Below the pieces are notes generated by a model that saw nothing but the letters and a program-made list of their open reading frames with translations, did no database searches and was not told where the DNA came from. The translations under genes and the position numbers were made by a program. Positions 13,801 through 25,450 of a stretch of DNA of 64,000 nucleotides are shown here, one piece after another. The DNA is from Octopus sinensis. Lineage: Eukaryota. Numbering within the stretch: position 1 is the stretch's first letter; every line of letters starts with the position of its first letter. The stretch lies in NCBI RefSeq assembly GCF_006345805.1, contig NC_043006.1, positions 21,328,001 through 21,392,000 of the forward strand, in the 5' to 3' direction.

Positions 13801-16800
13801 CCCATATATTTATCCATACACGGACGCACGTGCGCGAAGCACATGCACACAACACATACGTACAACCCCCCAAAACACACTCATATACATACGTATCAAG
13901 CTCGACATCCACGGCAATACGCTCACACCCACTCACACCCAGATGGGTGAGCTGCACAACCAAAAACGCACACACACACGTGTGCGTATTTTGATTGTGC
14001 AATTCGCCCATCTGCATGTATGCGGGCGCGAACACACCGTTGCACATATCGAGCCCAACAACCATGCACATGTACATGTGAGGGGATACACGCACATGCC
14101 GTGCGCGTATACCCCCCGCACTTATACCCGTGCGTGAATATACATATGGAGACTACCACACAGGTACAAATGTGCATAGCAAAGGGAGCCCCATCACTAC
14201 ACTCAATGCATACTCTCACCCATCCGCATGGATGTGGAAGCGAATCACCGGTGTATATATTGAGGCTCATACGTAGCGCTGTGGAGGCGAACGTCGTTGA
14301 AGTTGTGAATGAATGGGTGGAGTTGGGAATTGTAACCGGGTGGTGGGCTAGCGTTGCTTAGAATTGGGAATGGAATAGTGTAGTGGAATGGCAGGCATCA
14401 AAAATAGACGTGGGTTACTGCAAATTGTTTGTTAGAGCTGCCAAGATGAGCTAAAGCTCATAAATGCATATAATAATTTATCATGGTAGTTTTATTATAG
14501 AATCCATTCATAATAATTTTTTTAAGTAGTGTTGGTTTGCCACGTGGATATAGCTTTTAGTTCCATTTATTCTACTTCTCCATTCATAATTTTAAATGAC
14601 GTTTGCTTTCCATGGCGCGTATTCTTTTTATACATAAATTATGTTTCTATGGTAACGTAATTTTGGTTTGATTTTTTTAACGGCTTAGAATTTAATTTCA
14701 CTTCATAATTTGAAACTGACTTGTAAGTATGTATTTTATTTCTCCTTATGTCATATTGTTATTTTTGATATTCTGGTTAATTACGATGTATTTAATGTTG
14801 TTTTTATTGGAGTGTTTATGTATGTGAGATTGTGTGTGAGTGTGTGCGTTTTTAGTTGTATAATTTATTTATCTGTATGAGTGTGGGTGTGTAAATATTG
14901 TTGTATATATCGAGTTTAGTGAGTATGTATATGCGTATATGTGAGGGAGTATATGTATCTGTTGTGTGTGTTGTGTTTTGCGTGTGTGTGTGTTTGTGTG
15001 TGATGTGTATATGGGTTTGTTATATAGGTTTGGGGATGTATGTGTTAATTTGTCTGCGTGGGGAGGGAGTGGGTTTTTGGTGTATATTGAGGTTTATAAA
15101 TTAGTATAGGTATGTGTGAGTGAGGTGGTATTTGTATAAGTCGTGGGTCTGTGGTTACGTGTGTGTATTTGTGTGTGAATGTTTAGGTTAGGGGGATTGC
15201 TATATAGGTTTGTTATAGAGTTTAGCAAAGGGAGATTTTATCGTTATATGTTTTTTTATGAGTTTTGGTTTATCATGGTTTTTTTAGGGAATTTGTGGTA
15301 ATTTGTCTATTTACGATGTTTTTGTTTTATTACATTGTTTCTTTCATAATTTTTGAGTGGTGTTCGTTTTGCCACGTGAATATTATTTTCAATTCCATTT
15401 ATTCCATTTCTCCATTCATAATTTTAAAAGATGTTCATTTCCAGAGCGGGAATACTTTTTATACATATGTTAAGTTCCTTGGTAACGTAATTTTGTTTGG
15501 TGTATATGTTGAGGCTTATATGTACTTGTGGGTGTGTGTGAGTGGGGTGGGTGTTTGTATTTGTTATGGGTGTGTGGTTTACGTGTGTGTATTTGTGTGT
15601 GAATGTATAGGTTAAAGGGATTGCTATATAAGTATGTTATAGGGTTTAGTAAAGGGAGGTTTTATCATTTATGTTTTTGTGAGTTTTAGTTTATCATGGT
15701 AGTTTTATAAAAGAATCCATTCATAATTTTTTTAAATAATGTTGGTTTACCGCGTGTATATAATTTTAATTCCATTTATTCTATTTCTCCATTCATAATT
15801 TTAAGTGAGGTTGGCTTCCATAGCGCGTATTCTTTTTATACATAAGTTATGTTCCTATGGTAACGTAATTTGGTTTGATGTTTTTAACGGATTAGAATTT
15901 AATTTCACTTCATAATTTGAAACTGACTTGAAAGTATGTATATTTTTCTCCTTATGTCATATTGTTATTTTTGATATTCTGGTTACTTACGATGTATTTT
16001 ATATATCGTATTATGTGTATAATGTTGTTTTTCTTGGAGTGTTTATGTATGTGGGATTGTGTGTGAGTGTGTGCGTATTTTGGTTGTGTAGTTTGTTTAT
16101 CTGTATGAATGTGGGTGTGTTAATATTGTTGTATATATCGAGTTTGGTGAGTATGTATATGTATATGGTGTGTGTTTTACGTATGTATATTTGTGTGTGA
16201 ATGTGTTTATGGGTTTGCTATTTAGGTTTGGGGATGTATGTGTTTATTTGTCTGTGTGGGGTTGAGTGGGTTTTTGGAGTATATGTTGAGGTTTATGTAT
16301 GTATAGTATGTGTAAGTGGGGTGGGTATTTGTATATGTCGTGGTGGTGTGGTTTACGTGTGTGTATTTGTGTGTGAATGTTTAGGTTAGGGGGATTGCTA
16401 TATAGGTATGTTATAGAGTTTAGTAAAGGGAGATTTTATCATTATATGTTTTTATGAGTTTTGGTTTATCATGGTAGTTTTGTTAAGGAATTCGTAGTAA
16501 TTTGTGTCTATTTGCGATGTCTGTTGTTTTATTGCATTATTTCATTCATAATTTTTAAGTAGTGTTCGTTTTACCAAGTGAATATAATTTTTAATTCCAT
16601 TTATTCCATTTCTCCGTTCATAATTTTAAGTGATGTCCATTTCTAGAGCGGGAATGTGGGTTGTATGTGTGTGTGAGGGTGTATGAATAAGTATTGTGTT
16701 GAAGTATTTAGCTATTTTATTTATTTATCGTTGCCTAGACGTTTTTATGTGTATGTATAGGGATATATATATAAGTGTGTGATTTAGTGTATGTATTTAG

Positions 16801-17052
16801 ATATGGTTATATATAATTAGTTATATGTGTATGGGTGTATATATAGTTTATTTTTGTTTTGTTTTATATTTTATATTTTATATTTAATTGTTGATATTTT
16901 ATTTTAGTTTATATATTGTTTATATATTGATTATATATGGATTATATATAGGTTATAAATAGATTATATATTTATATTTTTTCATTAATACTTTAATTAT
17001 TTTAAAATTATTATTTTTATATTTTAAAATATTGATATTTTAGATTGGAAGT

Positions 17053-17094
17053 CCACCTGAAGATTGTCGATCAAGACAAGAAACATTGTAGTGG
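17053..17094 (+). ncRNA. Minimal type-I hammerhead ribozyme motif (mirror copy)
   Basis: CCAC CUGAAGA UUGUC gaucaa GACAA GAAAC auu GUA GUGG. Confidence 0.7.
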
Positions 17095-17189
17095 CGGTTT
17101 TTTTTACTTTTTATTAAAATTTATGTATTGATTAAGTCTTTCCTTGTTTGTTTTGCAAAATAGTGGTTTTGTCTCTAATAATATTATAT

Positions 17190-17192
17190 ATA

Positions 17193-17230
<38 letters not shown>

Positions 17231-17465
17231 TATATATATATACATGTATATAGGGGATGTATATATATATATATGTATATATATAGATTTATATGTATAA
17301 ATGTATATGTATAGCTGTATATGTATACATGTATGTAGATGTGTATATATATATATAGATGTACATGCAATATATACATATATATACATATATATACATA
17401 TACACTTATATACATGCATACATATATATACACCCATACACACATACACCCCCACACAACACATA
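17190..17465. repeat. (TA)n/(CATA)n microsatellite
   Basis: Seen directly in the sequence. Confidence 0.9.
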
Positions 17466-17469
17466 CATA

Positions 17470-17720
17470 GGTGCAGGTGTGGCTGTGTGGTAACAAACTT
17501 GATTCCAAACACATGGTCCTCAGTTCAGTCCCACTGTGTGGTAATTTGGCATGTGTCTTCTGCTATAGCCTCAGACCAACCAAAGCCTTGTCAGTGGATT
17601 TTGTAAACAGAAAGTGAAAAATCAATTGTATATATATGTATGTATATACGTAAGTCTATGTGCATGTCTTTCGTTTCTCCCTCATCACTGCTTCACAACT
17701 GGTTTTCGTTTATCACTTAC
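17470..17720 (+). mobile_element. SINE family D, diverged
   Basis: ggtgcaggtgtggctgtgtggtaa...cagttcagtcccactg head. Confidence 0.7.
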
Positions 17721-17779
17721 TGGTTCCACAAGAAGAAACTGATAGAATATGTACCAGACTTATCCAAATTAAAATAAGC

Positions 17780-18050
17780 ACTAGGCAGTGTCTCATATTT
17801 TTGTTTGCCCACTCAGTTGTATCTATCAATTTCTCTTCCCATATGAGTGACTGCTTATTCAAAGGCATTTATAGATTGTAAATTTATTCTGTCCAGTTAC
17901 GTAGCAGTATAGTGGTCATTTGCAAACTCCAACTTTCATTTCCCCTTAGCCCTCACGTCAACAGTTGCTAATATTTATTTCAGTTGGGTCATGTCCTTCC
18001 AATTGCTATACATTCGTAATGCATCTTACGGCTGTGCCTGTCACCTAGAT
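17780..18050 (-). mobile_element. Old RTE-like LINE relic
   Basis: The minus strand gives TILLR..W and NAFE fragments resembling the RTE motif TILLYGCETW...INAFE. Confidence 0.35.
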
Positions 18051-18329
18051 GGTGAGGAATTCTACATTGGGAGTGGTAACGATTAGGGTAGGGTAGCTGA
18101 CTGCTTATTGTGGTTATTCGCCTTTTGGTTTCCTGTAGCTTTGCTCTCTTTTACAAACCCAGTGAACATATATTTCCTATTTCAAAGAAATGCAAACAAT
18201 AGATATAAGACCCAAGTTAAAAAGATTCTCAACGATTCAACTTCTCTGGTTGACATTAAGATGCCCACCCCCAACAGGAGCCTTAACTCTCACATTTTAG
18301 AGGTCCCATGATCTTCATTTTTCAGAAGC

Positions 18330-18571
18330 AAAATATTTTTAACAGGTTCAATAAGACTGGAATTTTGGAATATGCGCATAAAAATCAGTAGTATGGGATA
18401 CATGTGGTACGATTATAAATTTTTTAGAATGTGTAAAGAGGGAAATAACGCTCATCTGCAATTTTGATGAAATTCGAAACATAGATATTCCAGTTCATTA
18501 CAGAAAATATAATAGAAAAGTCTAATTCTTCAATTGAATGTAACACGGGCAACGCCGGGTATCTCTGCTAG
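18330..18571 (+). mobile_element. Helitron 3' end
   Basis: cgggcaacgccggg hairpin followed by ...tgCTAG|T at 18568-18572. The upstream boundary is uncertain. Confidence 0.65.
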
Positions 18572-18818
18572 TGCACTTTAAAAGAGAAAGTGAGACTTTG
18601 CAAATAAAAATGGAATACTCTGCAGTGAATGCAATGAATATGTAAATTTTTAAGAATTGGACGCAGGCAATGCAATGCATATTTATATATGCGAGAAGTT
18701 GGAGTTAAAATAATTCAACTGAAGAAATCGAAATTATAAGATATTTCTGAGAACATGAATTAATTTCTTTTAGTACTTTTTGTAATTGTTACATACCTAA
18801 TTGATAAGCAGCATTCTT

Positions 18819-18874
<56 letters not shown>

Positions 18875-18884
18875 TATATATGCG

Positions 18885-19018
18885 CAGTCATAACTGTGTG
18901 GTAAGAAGCTTGCTCCCCAACCACATGATACCGGGCTCAGTCCCATTTCTCATTTCTACTATAACCTCGGGCCTTGTGAATGGATTTGGTAGACGGAAAC
19001 TAAAAGAGGCCCGTCGTA
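18885..19018 (+). mobile_element. SINE family D 5' half
   Basis: Similar to the intact copies. Confidence 0.7.
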
Positions 19019-19019
19019 T

Positions 19020-19460
19020 ATACATGGTGCAGTGAATATATTGTCGTTCAAATTACACGAAAACGAAAATAAGATTAACATCTCATTTTGACAGATATAT
19101 TTGCCTAGATTACATAAAAATATCTCGAAATACTAAAGAGTAAATTTATTCAATAAAATCGCCATTGGCTTCAACTACGGCCTTCAGACGACTTCGGAAT
19201 CTCCTGCAACTTTTCCGGACGATCTCGTTGTTTAAGTTGGTGAATGCTGCCATAATCTCTGCTTTCAGTACATCTTTGGTGTTACAAGGAGTTTCCTTGG
19301 TCTCTCACTCAGCTGCGCCCCACACATAATAACCAAGGGGTTTGCAGTCTGGGAAGTTAAGTGGCTAGATGGCAGGAGTGATGTAATCGCAGAAATTGTC
19401 TGACAGCCGTGAATGGGTTCTTCCGACTTGTGGGGCATGGCTCAGATACCTCCTCCATAC
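19020..19460 (-). mobile_element. Tc1/mariner-superfamily transposase 3' fragment (pseudogene)
   Basis: The minus strand translates WLSDNFCDYITPAI*PLNFPDCKPLGYYVWGAAE*ETKETPCNTKDVLKAEIMAAFTNLN...CRRFRSRLKAVVEANGDFIE, matching the WPPxSPDxNPLDYxVWG region. Confidence 0.85.
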
Positions 19461-19475
19461 ACCTGATTGGTTCTC

Positions 19476-19934
19476 GGAACATTCGCCGCAAACATTTTTG
19501 CCCCAGAAAAACTCTCAATAGTAAACATTGCCGTAAGATAATCTCGCCGTAGTCAGACTGATTTTAGAAATTGCAGCTCTGAAAAAAAATTGCTTTATAT
19601 ACATTTGTTTTTCTTTCGTAATTCTATTTTAGATTTAACTGTTTTTTGTTTTCATTCTGTTCTTTGTAAACGTTATTATATTTATATTGCATTACTTTTT
19701 ATTCAAACAGAATTTCTTTTTTTAAAAACATTACCATCTTTTTTAGATTGCTTTATTTTCGCACCCCCTGTAGCGTTTCCATAATAATATAATAGAGAGG
19801 TTGGTTGAAAACATTATATACCAAGGAAGCAATTCATCTTCTTTTCGGGGAAATTGTTTTGCGGCAAACTTACCTACGGCCCAAAACCCTGGAGATAAAT
19901 TTTCTGCGGCTAAAATGTTTGCGGCAAACTTTCC
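19476..19934. mobile_element. MITE with about 35-bp TIRs built from about 15-bp gccgcaaacatttt repeats
   Basis: ggaacattcgccgcaaacatttttgccccagaaaa versus the reverse complement of the right end, ggaaagtttgccgcaaacattttagccgcagaaaa. Confidence 0.6.
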
Positions 19935-19939
19935 AGATA

Positions 19940-19951
19940 CGTATGTATGTG

Positions 19952-20019
<68 letters not shown>

Positions 20020-20056
20020 ATATATATACATACATACATATATATATACATACATA

Positions 20057-20109
<53 letters not shown>

Positions 20110-20110
20110 G
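19940..20110. repeat. (TA)n/(CATA)n microsatellite
   Basis: Seen directly in the sequence. Confidence 0.95.
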
Positions 20111-20306
20111 GTAGATGAATGAATTATCCTATTATGGATAATTCTGTTAATCGATACCTGGGTAGCAAATTCACTTCAGTAAAACACGGTTGAAGTTACA
20201 TGCCAAGGGCTGAACCCCGTGTTCGTGTGTGGAAATTTGTGTGTTTTTTTATATGAATAAATGAAAAGAATGGAGTCGAACGAAGATTTTATCAAAATTC
20301 CTTTAC

Positions 20307-20387
20307 TTTCGACATATGTTTCGAAGACTGCATATTCTTAATTCCGAAGGAATGAAGGTTGCATTATGCCGTCTTCTCATCAGGAAA
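20307..20387 (-). ncRNA. Minimal type-I hammerhead ribozyme motif
   Basis: Reverse complement reads UUUC CUGAUGA GAAGAC ...long loop II... GUCUUC GAAAC auau GUC GAAA: canonical core, G10.1-C11.1 pair, GUC cleavage triplet and palindrome ACAUAUGU. Confidence 0.85.
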
Positions 20388-20573
20388 TACAAGGAACCTC
20401 TATCAGCCTCGAGACGAACAAAAGCTTCTTACCGTCTGCCTACATGGTTTCCACAGTGATAATGAGTATTTATTTAAAATAATCCGTTATAAGCAATGAC
20501 GTCAAAATTGGATGGAAGGATGAAGTAAAGGAATTTTGATAAAATCTTCGTTCGACTCCATTCTTTTCATTTA

Positions 20574-20608
<35 letters not shown>

Positions 20609-20609
20609 C

Positions 20610-20905
20610 TTATAAACAAGGACAAAAGAAAAAGAATTCTAATGCCAAATATGCTGAAAATCGACTTAAATCGTCAATAACCATATAATTAATCACTATA
20701 AGCACGTGTCTCGAGACGCGTGCTTATAGCGATGAATTATATGGTTATTGACGATTTAAGTCTATTTTTTGGCATATTTGGAATTAGAATTTTTTTATTT
20801 TGCCCCTATTTAATAGTTGTTTATAAATTTAACCTTTAAAGGTATTTTTTAATATACTGGCCATTGATAGAGTCTTTTCGAAAAATGTTATCCTATATTA
20901 GATGT
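20610..20905. repeat. Palindromic (fold-back) repeat family, copy 1
   Basis: Hairpin of about 215 bp centred on gtctc|gagac (20712/20713), plus a tail shared with 22810-23058. Confidence 0.8.
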
Positions 20906-21019
20906 GTATATATATATTTATTTATTTATGTATGCATGTATGTATGTATGTATGTATGTAGTAGATATGTGTGCTTGTATGTGTATGTGTATGCTTGCGT
21001 GCGTGTGTGTTTATCTATC

Positions 21020-21185
21020 TTTGTCTCCTCCATCGCTTGCCAACCGATTCTTGCGGTTCTGCAAAAGAGACCAATAGCATAAGTACTAGGCTTACAAAGA
21101 ATAAGTCCTGGAGTCGATCTGCTCGACTAAAACCCTTGAAAGTGGTGCACCAGCATGGCTGCAGTCAGAAGAATAAAAGAATAAA
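21020..21185 (+). mobile_element. SINE family D 3' half
   Basis: aagtactaggcttacaaagaataagtcctgg tail motif. Confidence 0.7.
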
Positions 21186-21329
21186 ACAATTTGTATGTAA
21201 ACGAAAAACATCCAAAGTGAATCCGACTGACTTTATTTCTCCCGCCAAAAATTATGCTGCATGGGCAAAATCCTTTGGGTGGGAACTGACGCTATTCTAC
21301 ATGCGCAAGAAATAAATTTTTGCGCCAGT

Positions 21330-21890
21330 AGGCCGGGTCAGTTCCCAGCTATTACGCCTAGAGTACAGACTTGTTGTGTAGGCTCGTTTGACTTTAGTTT
21401 TCAGCGAATGCATCGATCAGATATTGCATCAAGGTTTGCCAAAAGCTCAGTGATAGTCAGACGCCTTAGTCTTCCCTTCCCAGTTCCACCTAGTAGAGCC
21501 ATTCCAAGGGGGCCGGTAAAATGCCTGATAGTGTGATAGTTTTCCTGAGCCGAGAGGATAGGCCCCTCATCTAGGCTTCTACATGCTTAGACACATTTTC
21601 TAGTGCAAACATGGTGTGTTCAACTACAAGTCCAGGCTCCACTGTGTGTCATGCAGGGAAAACCAAACTATTAGAATATAGGTCGCTCTCTGGCAGATTT
21701 ATGGTCGATGGTCGAGCCCGTAGCAATGAAAACCTCTAATGTTCTAGACCCCAGAACAATATCCCTGCTCATCGCTATCGGCGCGGTGATGGCATTCACA
21801 AGTACTAACTTCTTGGGTAAGAGTGTCTTTTCCATTGCATCTCCCACGTCATCCTTCCGAGCAGCGCCTTTTCCATTTTGTTTGCTGAGA
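21330..21890 (-). mobile_element. Possible LINE C-terminal relic (I/LOA/R1-like)
   Basis: GC-richer block. The minus strand gives LSSRLRKTITLSGILTG-like and TELLANLDAI-like fragments; the similarity is weak. Confidence 0.25.
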
Positions 21891-21989
21891 CCATTAGGCG
21901 GTTTGAATTACAAGAAAGAGAGAGACTGTAAGAGATTTGTAGCTTACTCCACAAATAATAATAGCAATAATACCACATCTGAAGTGCAT

Positions 21990-22566
21990 TTCAACCAGTA
22001 GTTCGGTTTTATTTAACGCGTATGTTTTAATGTTGAACGCTCAAATATCCAGATGATCTTTAGCAGGTCTTTGGCAATGATGTCATAAGCAAAACCCAGA
22101 TCAAGGAGTGGTATAACCGCCTCAAACAGGACCAAACCTCAGTGGATAGCGAGGTAAGCTCAGGCAAGTCATCCACAAGCTGAAACGGAGAGTCGATTGA
22201 GAAGGCTCGGCGAATAGTCCTGGAAAAGCATCATGTAGGAATCCAGAAATTTGCTCACGAGGTGGGAATAAGCACAAAATTAGTGCATTCCTTTTTAACA
22301 GACAGTTTGTTCATGCGGAGATGTGTAACGAATTTCGTCCAAACCACGACCCAAACTTCACCTAGTCCATCATCACTGGTCTCATTACAACGCGTGCGCA
22401 CTATACGTCTGTGCTCAAGGCGCAGCGGCCTTAAGCTGTCGCAGCCTACCGGCGCGAAAGTTTTCTCCCATACACAGAAAGGGTGGCGTTACTTCATACC
22501 CAAAGAATTTTGATCCCGCGATCGGTTGAAAAAAATGCAGTCGATACTTCTTGAACTCACCTCGTA
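21990..22566 (+). mobile_element. Internally deleted mariner element
   Basis: VFGNDVISKTQI..WYNRLKQDQTSVDSEVSSGKSSTS...HEVGISTKLVHSFLTDSLFMRR (mariner HTH region). A right-TIR-like end cttcttgaactcacctcg|TA sits at about 22547-22566. Confidence 0.75.
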
Positions 22567-22619
22567 TAAATCTGGGTGTGTGTTGTATGATAGATCGTTA
22601 GCCACTACACACATTTTTT

Positions 22620-22790
22620 TCTCTGTTTGTTTCTCTCCTTGTTTTTTCTGTGTACCTTTCTGTAGAAGAGCGTAGGCTCGAAACATAAAAAACTTTTTCT
22701 ATTCCTGAGCGCTATACTAATACATCTGGTTGTTTTGTACACCACCTGTCTTCGTCTTTTGTTTTTGTTTTTCGTAAACTTTCCCTTTAT
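22620..22790 (+). mobile_element. PLE terminal-repeat fragment with hammerhead-like GAAGAG-cgtagg-CTCGAAAC motif
   Basis: The same family occurs on the minus strand at 53870-54005 and 63120-63225. Confidence 0.55.
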
Positions 22791-22809
22791 ATATATACAT
22801 ATAAACAAC

Positions 22810-23058
22810 TTATAAACAAGGGCAAAAGAAAAAAATATGCCGAAACTAGACACATCGTCCTTAACCATATAATTCATCACTTATATTTGAATTATATGAA
22901 TTATATGGTTATGGACGATGTGTCTAGTTTCGGCATATTTGGCATAAGAACTTTTTTTCCTTTTGCCCTTGTTTATAAATTTAACCTTTAAAGGTATTTT
23001 TTAATATGCTGGCCATTGATACATTTTTTTTCGAGAAACTTTATTCTATCTTAGATAC
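22810..23058. repeat. Palindromic (fold-back) repeat family, copy 2
   Basis: Hairpin at 22810-22978 with a different centre and the same tail atttaacctttaaaggtattttttaatat. Confidence 0.8.
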
Positions 23059-23093
23059 ACACACACACACACACATACACACACACACACATC

Positions 23094-23141
<48 letters not shown>

Positions 23142-23157
23142 TATATATATATATATA

Positions 23158-23557
23158 TCTTTATATATAAAAGTGAAGTTGTGTGAGTGTCTGTCTCCTA
23201 CGATTTAGATTCCTAACTACTCCCACATTTTGCGGTGCAGTTTAACCAAAACCGGGTATCTTATAGTCGTGATTCATACCGAGCCCTTCTGGGTATTAGC
23301 GCGCATCTACGATGAGTCTACGGTTTTAAAAATAATTTACCATCATATTTTTTCCATTTTGATGCATTTTCTTCGCTATTATATAAGGGAAGTAACTCTC
23401 TAAAAATGTCTACGACGAGTCAACGATTTAAAAAAAATTTACCATAATTTTTTTTCCATTTTTAACGCATTTTTTGCTATTTTTTGGTTATAACTCTCTA
23501 AAAATGCTTATATAGTTATTTCCCTTACAAACCGAGCAACGCCGGGCGATACTGCTA

Positions 23558-23558
<1 letters not shown>
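23158..23558 (+). mobile_element. Full-length non-autonomous Helitron (401 bp)
   Basis: A|TC start, 3' hairpin ccgagcaacgccggg, CTAG|T end, no TSD; inserted in (TA)n. Confidence 0.9.
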
Positions 23559-23610
<52 letters not shown>

Positions 23611-24699
23611 ATATATTATTTATATATATGCAAGAGTTAAGAAATGGAATAGATAAGACCCAGGCTTCATGTGTAGCCTGGATCTTATCTACTCCATTCC
23701 TTATCTCGTGTATTCTTGTTCGCATACTCGGCAATCCTGGTTACCTACCGTGAAATAAAAAGAATTCTTTTCAGCTCGTCGTACTTCGATACGAGAAAAA
23801 TCCACAACCTTCCGCCTCTATAAACCATTATTGTTCCTGAAAGTTATTTGTATATTTACTACGGATTGCTTGAAGCTAACTTTCTTCCTCAACTCGACCT
23901 TTGAATCTTACATTTTTATATATACATATATATATTGTTAAGCAAGAATATTCTTCACATGAAGTTCGAAGTTTCAACCAGCGAAGACTTCGTCGTACTG
24001 TGATATATTAGAATTAGTCTTGCCGTTATATAGTCTCTGGTAAGTTAAAATAATCTTTGGGTGTTTGGGTTTGACTGGGATGGTAATTAGATTTTACGGT
24101 TGGTTGTTATGGAAAGGTGTTTTGGAAAATTTATAATTGATTAGATTCAGAGTTATGTTATTGTTTAGTATTTATTTATGCATGTAGAACTTTACAAACA
24201 AGCCTGTAGGTGTTTCTCTTTTGATAGGTAGGACACATAATGCAACAGTATTTACTGAGTAACCTGAACAAATGATTTGTTTATAGCAATCAAATGTATG
24301 TGCTTTAGCTCACTCTGGCTAAAAATTCGAAGTCAGTCAACAATACTCTTGTATAAGAATTATATATATGTATGTATGCACCTATATATGAATCGATATA
24401 TAAATAGATAGTAAATATGAATATATATACATATTACAAATGTACTCATATGTGTGTGTGAGTACGTGAGCATGTGGCGCGCGTATGTATTGTTACACTG
24501 TTTAACCTACAGAATGCACGTCATGCAATTAATGCAGTGAAATAAATATATATTCTATATCTTTTGATAATTCCTGTATAAAGCAAAAACGATGATTTGA
24601 TTTCAGTACATTTTCAACTTCTATCAACCAGTTAGTTAACGTAATTAATAATTTGAATATAGAATGAATGGTTCATAATTAAACTAAATGGTAATGAAA

Positions 24700-25450
24700 A
24701 TATTGAAATATATATACAATATCGTAAATTCAGTTTCTCTCGGGCGGGAATTGAGGTTATAAGAGAACAGAAGCGAAGAGCAGCAGAGGTTGAGATCGCT
24801 ATAAAGGGACCATCTTCAGTAAAATTAGGCGTTGTAACCACCTCGGCCAGTCAAGAACGCTTTCATTTTTGTCAAGGCTGTGGAGGAGTTGAATTACATT
24901 TCAGGAATATGTCCATAGACTTGCTAACAATAACATAGGAGTCAGATTTGAAAGTTGACTCGGGAAAAAACAAATGAATTTTCTAGAAATATTTTGCTCA
25001 ACGCTGACACCAGACATGGTGCTGATATCAGTTGCCAACCTTATCGTCTGAGAATTTTCCGAGCAGGAAATTCTTGTAAAATTCTTCGTTTCCTGACCAA
25101 CGAGTGGAAGAGGCTAAATAATGCTGGTCTGTTAAAAGAACGCCGAGACAACGAATTCCTAGCGACGTGCGAGCCCATTGATATAGAATGCGTATGGTTC
25201 GCATGCCAGTCCTACTGTAGGATCGAAAAAGTGCTAAGCTTTGCACAGCCCAATAGAGAAAGAACGATCAAGTTAGCCACCGAAGTAGCTACCTCATTAC
25301 GTCTGTGAATCAACAGGCTTGTGAATGAGGTAGTCCTATGGGAATATAAACTGGGATCTAGATCAACACCAACTGAATGTTGAGGATGTATTTGGTTGTG
25401 GAAAGTCACAAAACGGCCAATGACCACCAGTAATATTACTGATGTGTCCA
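24700..25450 (+). mobile_element. Decayed RTE-like LINE RT C-terminal region
   Basis: EWKRLNNAGLLKERRDNEFLATCEPI and NRLVNEVVLWE fragments resemble the RTE motifs LFxATVESILLYG and LxxxVLLWEP. Confidence 0.4.

Larger units (their letters stand above)
10709..17190. repeat. About 6.5-kb inverted repeat of PLE-terminus-like sequence (arms 10709-13176 and 14748-17190)
   Basis: The arms are reverse complements with scattered indels. Each holds an internal tandem duplication of about 1.2 kb (11265-11985 resembles 12470-13175). The centre is garbled, with a local hairpin at 13941-14013. Confidence 0.9.

Noticed and set aside
23700-24350. Possible GIY-YIG/PLE relic
   Set aside because: Only faint motif resemblance, so it is not called as a feature.
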